Shown here: positions 25,202 through 32,000 of the stretch, in pieces | How the letters are laid out: the number at the start of each line of letters is the position of its first letter | How positions within the stretch are numbered: position 1 is the first letter of the stretch | Assembly: GCA_035545955.1 (NCBI GenBank) | Contig: DASZXI010000045.1 | Coordinates: 26,053-58,052 of the forward strand | Length of the DNA: 32,000 bases | Origin: Candidatus Didemnitutus sp. | GTDB taxonomy: Bacteria; Verrucomicrobiota; Verrucomicrobiia; Opitutales; Opitutaceae | Direction: 5' to 3' | Notes under the pieces: model-generated | What the model saw: only the letters and a program-made list of their open reading frames with translations | Database searches by the model: none | Told to the model about the DNA's origin: nothing | Program-made: the position numbers and the translations under genes

Positions 25202-26836
25202 CTATTCCAGCCAGATCGCCTTGTACGGGTGATGATCGAGCAAGGTCGGATACCACCCGTGGACCGACCGGTGGACGAGGCGGATGGTTGTCAGGTGATA
25301 GAGCGGAATCAGCGGTGCCTGTTCCAACAGCATGGACTCGGCGCGTTTCAGGTCGTCATTCCGGCGGGCCCCGTCGATCTCGCGCTCGGCGTGGGCGAGC
25401 AGCGCATCGTAGGCGGGGCTTTTCCAGCCGGTGTGATTGTCGCTGGATTCCGAGGTGAAAACGTTCAGGAATGCCAGCGGGTCATTGGCATAGTCGGCGG
25501 CCCAGTCGGAGCGAAGAATCTGATAGGCCATGAGACTGCGCTGCGCGAGCGCGGCCGTCTGTTCCATCGTCACGATGTGAACGTCGACTCCGAGTTCGCG
25601 CCGCCACATGGCCTGCACGGCCTCGGCGATGAGCTGGTGATTGCCGGAAATGTTGATGAGCAGCTCAATCGGAGGCAGGCCCTTGCCGCCGGGATAACCG
25701 GCTTCGGCGAGCAGCTTGCGGGCGGCCTCGGGATCGTCCGACGCCGCGGCGGGCGGATCATAGGTGGGGTCGCAGCCGGGCGGAGTGAACGAGCGCGCCG
25801 GCTGCTGCTGTCCGCGCAGGACGGATTGGACGAGCGCGGTGCGATCGATCGCGAGCGACAGCGCGCGCCGGACGCGGACGTCGTTGAGGACGGGTTTCGT
25901 GACGTTGATCCGGTAAAAATAGGTGTCGAGGAACGGGCTGATCTGCAGGGCGGGATCGTTCGCCTGTCGATAGGCATCGATGCGCGCAATCGGCAGCGCT
26001 TCGGTGATGTGCAATTGTCCGCCGCGAAAGGCCCGTTCCTCGGCGTCGACGGACGCCGACGGAATAAACCGGATGGCGTGCAGGCGAACGTGGGCGGCAT
26101 CCCAGTAGTTGGGCGATTTCTCGACGAGAATGAGCCGGTTGTGCTCCCAGCCGGTGAGGGTGAACGGTCCGTTGCCGACGAAGTGCTCGGGACGCGTCCA
26201 CGGATTGTTCTTTCCGGCGAGGGGCCCGCACGAGGCGATGACGCGCGTGGGAACGGGGAACCAGGCGGGCTGACAAAGTTGCGAGAGCAGCGATGCCACC
26301 GGATGTTCGAGCGTGAGCCGGAGGGTGTGGGCGTCGTCGGCCTTGATGCCCACGTCCTCGAAGCGCACTTTTCCCTCGTGATCTTTGGCAAACGCGCCCG
26401 CATTCTTCAGGACGAAGAGCATCGACACGCTGCTGGCTCCGAGTTCGGGACTGAGCTCGCGGTGGACGGACGCGACGAAATCCTCGGCGGTCAGAGGATC
26501 GCCGTTCGACCAGCGAGCATTCGATCGGAGGTGAAACGTATACGTCGTGCCCTCGGGTGAAACGTCCCACCGCTCGGCGACGCCGGGTACGGGATGGAGG
26601 TCGACCGGGTCCTCGGCGACCAACCCCTCGAATAGTGCCGACGCCACATTGACGCCTGGCAGGCCCGTCACGAGCTGCGGGTCGAGATCGGTGAGATCAG
26701 CGCTCAGACTGCGATACAGGACCTGTTCCCGGATGCCGCGCTCCACGGGCGTGCCATGACGGTTGCATCCGGCAACAAGAACCAGGATTCCGAGCAGGAG
26801 GCCGCCGCGACGAAACTGGGTGAACGCCGACATCAC
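25202..26836 (-). CDS. ABC transporter substrate-binding lipoprotein, family 5 (second paralogue)
   Basis: 544-aa ORF with lipobox 'LGILVLVAGC', 'ARWSNGDPLTAEDF' and 'SPNYWD'. The start (GTG 26836 or ATG 26833) overlaps the ispF stop codon. Confidence 0.9.
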   Translation of the reverse strand: MMSAFTQFRRGGLLLGILVLVAGCNRHGTPVERGIREQVLYRSLSADLTDLDPQLVTGLPGVNVASALFEGLVAEDPVDLHPVPGVAERWDVSPEGTTYTFHLRSNARWSNGDPLTAEDFVASVHRELSPELGASSVSMLFVLKNAGAFAKDHEGKVRFEDVGIKADDAHTLRLTLEHPVASLLSQLCQPAWFPVPTRVIASCGPLAGKNNPWTRPEHFVGNGPFTLTGWEHNRLILVEKSPNYWDAAHVRLHAIRFIPSASVDAEERAFRGGQLHITEALPIARIDAYRQANDPALQISPFLDTYFYRINVTKPVLNDVRVRRALSLAIDRTALVQSVLRGQQQPARSFTPPGCDPTYDPPAAASDDPEAARKLLAEAGYPGGKGLPPIELLINISGNHQLIAEAVQAMWRRELGVDVHIVTMEQTAALAQRSLMAYQILRSDWAADYANDPLAFLNVFTSESSDNHTGWKSPAYDALLAHAEREIDGARRNDDLKRAESMLLEQAPLIPLYHLTTIRLVHRSVHGWYPTLLDHHPYKAIWLE

Positions 26837-27312
26837 ACCGGCACGATCAGAGCCACGGCATGCGCGGCGATCGCCTCGCCGCGACCGATGCCGCCGACCC
26901 CTTCGTTCGTCGTCGCCTTCACGCCTATTTCTTCAGGCGTGAGTCCGGTGGCTTTGGCGAGCACCGCCTTCATGTCCGCAACGCGGGGCGTGATCCGGGG
27001 ACGCTCGGCGACGATCGTGGCGTCGATATTCGAAGGCTTCCAGCCGCGCTCGCGCAGGGTCGCGACCACCTTCTGCAACAGCATTTGGGAATCGGCGTCC
27101 TTCCAGGTCGCGTCGTGATTGGGAAAGAAATGGCCGATGTCGGGAAGGCCGGCCGCACCGAGAAGGGCGTCGCAGATCGCGTGGGTGAGGGCATCGGCGT
27201 CGGAGTGTCCTTCGAGACCGAACTCCGCCTCGAATCTCACGCCGCCGAGAATCAGGCGCCGACCGCGGGCGATGCGGTGGATGTCGTACCCGTGTCCGAC
27301 GCGCACCTTCAT
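26833..27312 (-). CDS. ispF: 2-C-methyl-D-erythritol 2,4-cyclodiphosphate synthase
   Basis: 159 aa from the internal Met of ORF 26833..27711: 'MKVRVGHGYDIHRI...GHSDADALTHAICDALLGA...ATTNEG'. The ATG at 27312 overlaps the ispD stop (ATGA). Confidence 0.95.
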   Translation of the reverse strand: MKVRVGHGYDIHRIARGRRLILGGVRFEAEFGLEGHSDADALTHAICDALLGAAGLPDIGHFFPNHDATWKDADSQMLLQKVVATLRERGWKPSNIDATIVAERPRITPRVADMKAVLAKATGLTPEEIGVKATTNEGVGGIGRGEAIAAHAVALIVPV

Positions 27313-28019
27313 GCCGGGGGGGCCATGAACGGCGCCCGGGAGTCGGTCCGGGGCACGAGCAGGAACTCGAGGTAGGCGAGATCGGCCGGCGTCGTCAGTT
27401 TGGGATTCGGAAAGGGATTCTCGAGCAGGGCCACCGGATGCTTCAGCAATTCCACCGCCGCGGCGTCGTCGGTCAGGCGCCGCTTGCGCGCAATGGCCTT
27501 GGCATAGCCGCGACAGATCAGTTCGCGGGAAAAAACCTGCGGCGTTTCCATCGCCCAGAGCGCGTCGCGATCGAGCGTCGTCAGCCGGCCGTCGCCAAGG
27601 TTGTTTTTGATCGTATCCGTCACGCGATGGGCAAGGACGACCGCGTTTTCGCGCCGCACGATCTTGTGCAGGGCGACCAGTTGTTCGGCGCGCACGAGTG
27701 GCCGCGCGCAATCATGGATGAACACGTACTCAACGTCCTCGGGCAGCTCGGCGAGCGCGGCCGCCACGGAATCCTGGCGCTCGGCTCCGCCGGGCACGAA
27801 GAGCGTCGGGGTGGGCGCGTAGGCGGAAAGCTCGACCAGTTGCTGCTGGCCGCGGTACGTGACGACAAAGAAGTCAATCACCCCGCTGCGATAAAAGGTC
27901 GAGGCCGAGTGGGCGAAAACGGGCTTTCCGGCCAATGGGGCCAGGATCTTGTCGGCCACCAATCCGGCCATGCGACGGCTGCGTCCGGAAGCGAGAAGGA
28001 TGGCGGCGGTGCGGCTCAC
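27309..28019 (-). CDS. ispD: 2-C-methyl-D-erythritol 4-phosphate cytidylyltransferase
   Basis: 236-aa ORF with a GTG start. 'AAILLASGRSRRM', 'VFIHDCARP', 'METPQVF' and 'TDDAAAVE' match IspD. Confidence 0.92.
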   Translation of the reverse strand: MSRTAAILLASGRSRRMAGLVADKILAPLAGKPVFAHSASTFYRSGVIDFFVVTYRGQQQLVELSAYAPTPTLFVPGGAERQDSVAAALAELPEDVEYVFIHDCARPLVRAEQLVALHKIVRRENAVVLAHRVTDTIKNNLGDGRLTTLDRDALWAMETPQVFSRELICRGYAKAIARKRRLTDDAAAVELLKHPVALLENPFPNPKLTTPADLAYLEFLLVPRTDSRAPFMAPPA

Positions 28020-28038
28020 GGAAAAAAAGGCAGAAGGG

Positions 28039-28108
28039 CTGAAGAACTGAAAGGCTGAAGGACTGGAAGCTGAAAAGACTAAGAGACCAAGGGACGAAAG
28101 GACAAAGG
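28039..28108. repeat. Purine-rich octamer array, nine units of CTGAARRR-like words
   Basis: CTGAAGAA/CTGAAAGG/CTGAAGGA/CTGGAAG/CTGAAAAGA/CTAAGAGA/CCAAGGGA/CGAAAGGA/CAAAGG. Units start at 28039, 47, 55, 63, 70, 79, 87, 95 and 103. Confidence 0.6.
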
Positions 28109-28208
28109 CACTAACAGGCTGAATAGCGGAATGGCCTCCTGGCTGAAAAGCGGAAATCGGCGTTGAAAAGACGGCTCGTGCAGCGATTGAGACGAGGTGA
28201 GTGGTCTG

Positions 28209-28257
28209 GGTTTCAGCCCTTCAGTCTTTCAGACCTTCAGACTTTTGTTCCTTCAAG
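28209..28257. repeat. Complementary pyrimidine-rich octamer array (YYYTTCAG words), overlapping the last codons of pyrF
   Basis: TTTCAG/CCCTTCAG/TCTTTCAG/ACCTTCAG/ACTTTTG/TTCCTTCAAG. 28212-28222 'TTCAGCCCTTC' is the exact complement of 28033-28043 'GAAGGGCTGAA'. Confidence 0.6.
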
Positions 28258-28941
28258 CTCGGCCAGAATCTCCCGCGCGGCGGCCGCGGGATCGGCGGCT
28301 TTCAGGATCGGACGGCCGACGACGATGTACGTCGAACCGGCGCGGGCGGCGTCGGCGGGGGTCATGACGCGTTTCTGGTCGTCGCCGCCAGCTTCGCGCG
28401 CGAGGCGGATTCCGGGGGTGATCAGCTGCACATCGGCGGGGAGCGACCGGCGCAGCATTTCGACCTCGAGAGGCGAGCAAACGAGTCCGCGCACGCCGGC
28501 GCCCGCGGCGAGCCGGCCAAGTCGTTCCACCTGTTGGGCTGGGGCAGACGCGACACCGGTCGCGCTCAGGGCGGCGGCGTCCATCGACGTGAGTACCGTT
28601 ACGCCGAGAATGAGAAGGTTGGGGTTCGCCTTTTGCTGCGCCGCCACGGCGGCTCGCATCATCTCGTCGCCGCCGGAGCAGTGAATGGTGAGCATGCGGA
28701 TCGGCAGCGGGCCCAGTGACTCCACGGCCTTGCCGACGGTGTTCGGGATGTCGTGAAGTTTCAGGTCGAGAAAGATGTTGAAGCCCATGCCGGCGACCTC
28801 GCGCACGTAGTTTGGTCCGTACGCGGTGAACATCTGCAGGCCGATCTTCACCCAGCGCAGGTGTCCCCGCAACTGGCGCAAAATCGGCGCGGCATCCTCC
28901 CGGGTCGGTACATCGAGGGCCAGAATCAGGTCGCAGGACAT
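28237..28941 (-). CDS. pyrF: Orotidine 5'-phosphate decarboxylase
   Basis: 234-aa ORF with 'LILALDVPTREDA', 'VKIGLQMF', 'FLDLKLHDIPNTV' and 'IVVGRPI'. Confidence 0.93.
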   Translation of the reverse strand: MSCDLILALDVPTREDAAPILRQLRGHLRWVKIGLQMFTAYGPNYVREVAGMGFNIFLDLKLHDIPNTVGKAVESLGPLPIRMLTIHCSGGDEMMRAAVAAQQKANPNLLILGVTVLTSMDAAALSATGVASAPAQQVERLGRLAAGAGVRGLVCSPLEVEMLRRSLPADVQLITPGIRLAREAGGDDQKRVMTPADAARAGSTYIVVGRPILKAADPAAAAREILAELEGTKV

Positions 28942-29058
28942 GAGGCGTTAGTCACAACGGGAGTTCGGTCCGTGGCAATCCAAGAGAGCGGAGAACAAAC
29001 GCCCGGCCCCGGGGCTTTGGAGGTTGTCACCGAATTGTTGCGTGCATCCACTGGACGC

Positions 29059-29943
29059 GTGGGCGTCACCGTTTTCAGTCCGGCCAAAATCAACCTGTTT
29101 CTGGCGGTGACGGGTCGGCGTTCCGATGGGTTTCATGACCTCGTCTCGGTGGTGGCGCCGCTCGATTTTGGCGATGAACTCGAGGCGCGACGGGTTCCCA
29201 AACGTGACGGTGAGTCGCGATTTTCGCTGACCTGCACGGATCCAGCCCTGGCGGTCGACAGAACCAATCTCGTCCTGCGCGCCGCCGAGGCATTTGCTGC
29301 GGCGACGGGATGGGCGGAGGCGGTCGAGTTTCATTTGCACAAGCGGATTCCGGTCGGCGCCGGGTTGGGCGGGGGAAGCAGCAACGGGGCGGCGGCCTTG
29401 CGGGCGCTGAACGAGCTGTCGGGCGGACTCGCGCGTGCCGACCAGATGACGGCCCTGGCGGTCGGGCTGGGTTCCGACTGCCCGCTGTTTCTGCGCGATG
29501 GGCCTGTCGTTATGCGAGGTCGCGGCGAGCGCGTGGACGATCTGCCGGAGTCGGCGCTTCGGCGGCTTCGGGGTCAACCCGTGTTGCTTTTCAAGCCGAG
29601 TTTCGGCGTGCCGACGGTATGGGCCTACGCACGCATGGCGGCGCGCGGCACGGACTATGTCGCGCCGGCCGAGGCCGAGGCAAAATTGCGCACCTGGATT
29701 GCAGGCGAAGCACCGGCGGCGAAACTGTTGCTCAACAATTTTGAGGGACCCGTGTTCGAGAAATACGTCGCCTTGCCGGCGCTGCTCGAACCCTGGCGCC
29801 GGGAGGGTCGGACCGTCATCCTGACCGGCAGCGGCAGTGCCTGTGTGGCGCTGACCAGTGACGATCCGGTGACGCCGCTGATCGACCGGATTCGCGCGGC
29901 ATGGGGCGAGGCGGCTTTTGTGCAAAGCGCCTGCATTCGCTAG
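29059..29943 (+). CDS. ispE: 4-diphosphocytidyl-2-C-methyl-D-erythritol kinase
   Basis: 'FSPAKINLFLAVTGRRSDGFHDL', 'KRIPVGAGLGGGSSNGAAAL' and 'GSDCPLFL'. The ORF-track start 28753 lies inside pyrF on the other strand. No in-frame ATG exists after pyrF. Candidate starts are GTG 29059 (M-GVTVFSPAKINLF, listed) or TTG 29017/29035 (GGAGG at 29019-29023). Confidence 0.88.
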   Translation: MGVTVFSPAKINLFLAVTGRRSDGFHDLVSVVAPLDFGDELEARRVPKRDGESRFSLTCTDPALAVDRTNLVLRAAEAFAAATGWAEAVEFHLHKRIPVGAGLGGGSSNGAAALRALNELSGGLARADQMTALAVGLGSDCPLFLRDGPVVMRGRGERVDDLPESALRRLRGQPVLLFKPSFGVPTVWAYARMAARGTDYVAPAEAEAKLRTWIAGEAPAAKLLLNNFEGPVFEKYVALPALLEPWRREGRTVILTGSGSACVALTSDDPVTPLIDRIRAAWGEAAFVQSACIR

Positions 29944-29998
29944 AGTTCCGCATTGACCGTTTCCGTCGGCGGCGAGTTAAATTCGCGGAACCTGACCC

Positions 29999-31762
29999 AT
30001 GGAAGCGAACGGCAAACCGGAGATCGCCATCCAGGGAATTGCCGCTTCGCGAGGAATCGCGTACGGACAGGTCTTCCTCTATCTCGAGAGCCAGCTCGAC
30101 ATTCCGCACTACACCGTCGAGCCGATCAAGCGGGCGAGTGAGATCGCACGCTTCGAGCAGGCGCTGGTGACCACGCGGCGGCAGATCGCCCAGATCCAGC
30201 AGCAGGTGAAGCGGAACCTGAGCGAGGAGGAGGCGCTGATCTTTGACGCGCACCAGATGGTGCTCGAGGACCAGGCGTTGATCGGGGAAACGATTCGCGA
30301 GCTCGAGACAACGGGGCTCAACATCGAGACCTGTTTCAACAGCGTCGCCCAGCGCTACATCGAGGCGTTTGCGCAGATCGACGACGAGTATCTCCGGGAA
30401 CGCGCGGCCGACATCAAGGACGTGACCGCGCGGGTGTTGCGCGTGCTGATGGGGCAGGCCACCGCCACACTGAGCGAGCTGGTGGACAAGCGCATCGTCG
30501 TCGCGCACGACATCTCGCCTTCGGATGCCGCGGGAGTGGATCGCAGCGCGGCCATGGGAATCGTAACCGAGACCGGCAGCCGCACGAGTCATGCCGTGAT
30601 CGTGGCGCGTTCGATGAAAATCCCGGCCGTGGTCGGCGCGCGCGGGCTGACGCGCAAGGTCGAGAGCGGCGACTGGATGATCGTCGATGGCTACGAGGGG
30701 CTGGTCATACTCAATCCCACGCCCGCCACCCTTTTCCGCTACGGCAAGATCCAGGAGGGCAAGAAATCGTTCGAGAGCCGTCTGATGTCGGCGGTTGACC
30801 AGCCGGCCGAGACGCTCGACGGAATTCGGGTGTCGTTGCTCGCCAACATCGAGAAGGCCGATGAGGTCAGTCTGGTGAAGCAGTTTCGGGCGGAAGGCGT
30901 CGGCCTCTACCGCACGGAGTTCCTGTTTTTGAGCTCGTCCTCGCTTCCCTCGGAGGACCGGCAGTACGAGGCCTATCGGACGATTGTGGAAGGCCTGGCG
31001 CCGGAGCCGGTCACCATCCGCACGCTCGACGTCGGCGGGGACAAGCCGCTGCCCGGCGACCCGCAGTTGATCGGCGTGGAGGCGAATCCGTTCCTGGGTT
31101 TCCGCGCCATCCGGATGTGTCTGGAGAATCCCGAACTTTTCAAGACCCAGTTGCGGGCGATCCTGCGCGCGAGCGCGCACGGCAAGGTCGAACTCATGTA
31201 CCCGATGATCAGCGGGCCGGAGGAACTCGATCGGGCCAACCATCTCCTGGAGGAGGCGCGCCAGGAACTTCGTGCCCGCAATGTCGCGTTCGATGCACAG
31301 ATGCGCGTCGGCGCGATGATCGAAATTCCGAGTGCCGCCCTGGTCGCCGATGCGCTGGCCGAGAAGTGCCAGTTTTTCAGCATCGGGACGAACGACTTGA
31401 TCCAGTACACGCTGGCGATTGATCGCGGCAACAACCGCATTGCACACCTATATGAGCCGTCACATCCGGCGGTCCTGCGCCTGATCCGGTCGGTCATCGA
31501 CGCCGCCAAGGCGCACGGCATCAAGGTGTCGGTCTGCGGCGAAATGGCAGGCGATGCCATCTACGCGCCGCTGCTGCTCGGCCTGGGGATCGACCAGCTC
31601 AGCATGACTCCTTCGCTTCTGCCGGCGGTGAAATTCCTGGTTCGCAACACGACGTTTGCGGACGCGAAACGACTGGCCGAGGACGTCATGGCCATCCGCG
31701 ATCCCAAGAAGACCTACGCGCTGATCGAGGCGTTCTACAACGAGCGGGTGAAGGCCGAGTGA
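29999..31762 (+). CDS. ptsI: Phosphoenolpyruvate-protein phosphotransferase (PTS enzyme I)
   Basis: 587-aa ORF with 'GIAASRGIAYG', active-site His region 'TETGSRTSHAVIVARSMKIPAVVG', 'GLYRTEFLF' and 'FFSIGTNDLIQYTLAIDRGN'. Confidence 0.95.
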   Translation: MEANGKPEIAIQGIAASRGIAYGQVFLYLESQLDIPHYTVEPIKRASEIARFEQALVTTRRQIAQIQQQVKRNLSEEEALIFDAHQMVLEDQALIGETIRELETTGLNIETCFNSVAQRYIEAFAQIDDEYLRERAADIKDVTARVLRVLMGQATATLSELVDKRIVVAHDISPSDAAGVDRSAAMGIVTETGSRTSHAVIVARSMKIPAVVGARGLTRKVESGDWMIVDGYEGLVILNPTPATLFRYGKIQEGKKSFESRLMSAVDQPAETLDGIRVSLLANIEKADEVSLVKQFRAEGVGLYRTEFLFLSSSSLPSEDRQYEAYRTIVEGLAPEPVTIRTLDVGGDKPLPGDPQLIGVEANPFLGFRAIRMCLENPELFKTQLRAILRASAHGKVELMYPMISGPEELDRANHLLEEARQELRARNVAFDAQMRVGAMIEIPSAALVADALAEKCQFFSIGTNDLIQYTLAIDRGNNRIAHLYEPSHPAVLRLIRSVIDAAKAHGIKVSVCGEMAGDAIYAPLLLGLGIDQLSMTPSLLPAVKFLVRNTTFADAKRLAEDVMAIRDPKKTYALIEAFYNERVKAE

Positions 31763-31766
31763 CGGA

Positions 31767-31800
31767 ATTTTGGATTTTCGATTGGGGATTTTGGATTTCG
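31767..31800 (+). repeat. Two direct copies of ATTTTGGATTT just after the ptsI stop
   Basis: 'AATTTTGGATTTTCG attgggg ATTTTGGATTTCG'. Confidence 0.5.
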
Positions 31801-31910
31801 GGCAGCGGGCAGCGGGCAGCGGGCAGCGGGCAGCGGGCAGCGGGCAGCGGGCAGCGGGCAGCGGGCAGCGGGCAGCGGGCAGCGGGCAGCGGGCAGCGGG
31901 CAGCGGGCAG
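31800..31910 (+). repeat. Perfect heptanucleotide tandem repeat (GGGCAGC), 15 full copies plus 6 nt
   Basis: Hand count: units start at 31800, 31807, ... 31898, all identical. A partial unit GGGCAG at 31905-31910 is followed by T. The repeat is intergenic, 38 nt after the ptsI stop. Confidence 0.97.
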
Positions 31911-32000
31911 TGTCGAGTCCTGGCTAAAAGTTGACACCCTTGTGTTGATGGTTGTTTGAAGAAAAGTATTTTTGGGATGGGGTGCAGGGGAAGGGGCGTA

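Noticed and set aside
23670-26560. + strand ORFs 23670..25232 and 25091..26560
   Set aside because: They are antisense to the two family-5 binding-protein genes and have no motifs.
26833-27711. 292-aa version of the ispF ORF, and the 396-aa version of the ispE ORF (28753..29943)
   Set aside because: The N-terminal extensions overlap ispD (same strand, other frame) and pyrF (opposite strand) respectively. They are Arg-rich non-homologous sequence. The conserved IspF and IspE N-termini begin at 27312 and ~29059.
28948-31447. Minus ORFs 28948..29925 and 29816..31447
   Set aside because: They are antisense to ispE and ptsI, both of which are unambiguous.
31686-31959. ORFs with heptapeptide repeats ('PLPAARC'x5 on the minus strand, 'GSGQRAA'x5 on the plus strand)
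   Set aside because: Both are produced by reading a 7-nt tandem repeat in frame (21-nt periodicity), on both strands simultaneously. There is no start context or flanking coding signal.
31931-31959. Perfect TTGACA hexamer at 31931-31936 as a promoter -35 box
   Set aside because: No acceptable -10 hexamer lies 16-19 nt downstream (GTTTGA/TTTGAA). The downstream gene is outside the window, and promoter consensus for this lineage is uncertain.

Overview
High-GC (about 65%) bacterial chromosomal segment with no rRNA, tRNA, CRISPR array, IS element or phage gene. The repeat 'words' and frequent lack of Shine-Dalgarno sites resemble Verrucomicrobiota/Opitutaceae-type genomes, but that is an impression only. 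All long ORFs antisense to the genes called here are treated as high-GC shadow ORFs.

Left third (1-12.1 kb): a signal-transduction island.
- A 3'-truncated receiver-like/GAF/PAS histidine kinase on the minus strand. It is absent from the ORF track because it is open-ended.
- Divergent from it, a three-gene plus-strand cassette. This is the most interesting item: by architecture it resembles a fatty-acid-methyl-ester (Ralstonia phc-type) signalling module.
  - A LuxD-like acyl-transferase/thioesterase fused to a SAM methyltransferase.
  - A translationally coupled (GTGA overlap) ~9-TM GAF histidine kinase.
  - A GAF/PAS/degenerate-GGDEF/atypical-receiver protein.
- An orphan ABC-2-type ATPase.
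- A 1171-aa hybrid kinase whose periplasmic part is built from seven OB-like modules.

Remainder (12.5-28.9 kb): one long minus-strand block, in order of transcription.
- pyrF
- ispD-ispF-SBP-SBP-M28 peptidase, with overlapping stop/start codons
- Opp/Dpp-type permeases B and C
- MsbA-like exporter
- DUF721/DciA-like protein
- small membrane protein
- rpsO
- pnp
- DUF2127 protein
- surE

ispE and ptsI follow on the plus strand.

Intergenic DNA is dominated by several dispersed repeat families.
- A GTAG-hairpin REP/REPIN-like family with compensatory stem substitutions.
- 9-nt periodic CACGGA arrays.
- An AACGCGTTG hairpin family, including a 61-nt double palindrome between rpsO and pnp.
- Octamer CTGAARRR arrays.
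- A (GGGCAGC)x~16 G-quadruplex-type tandem repeat after ptsI.
- Separately, a hand-folded three-way-junction leader lies upstream of rpsO.
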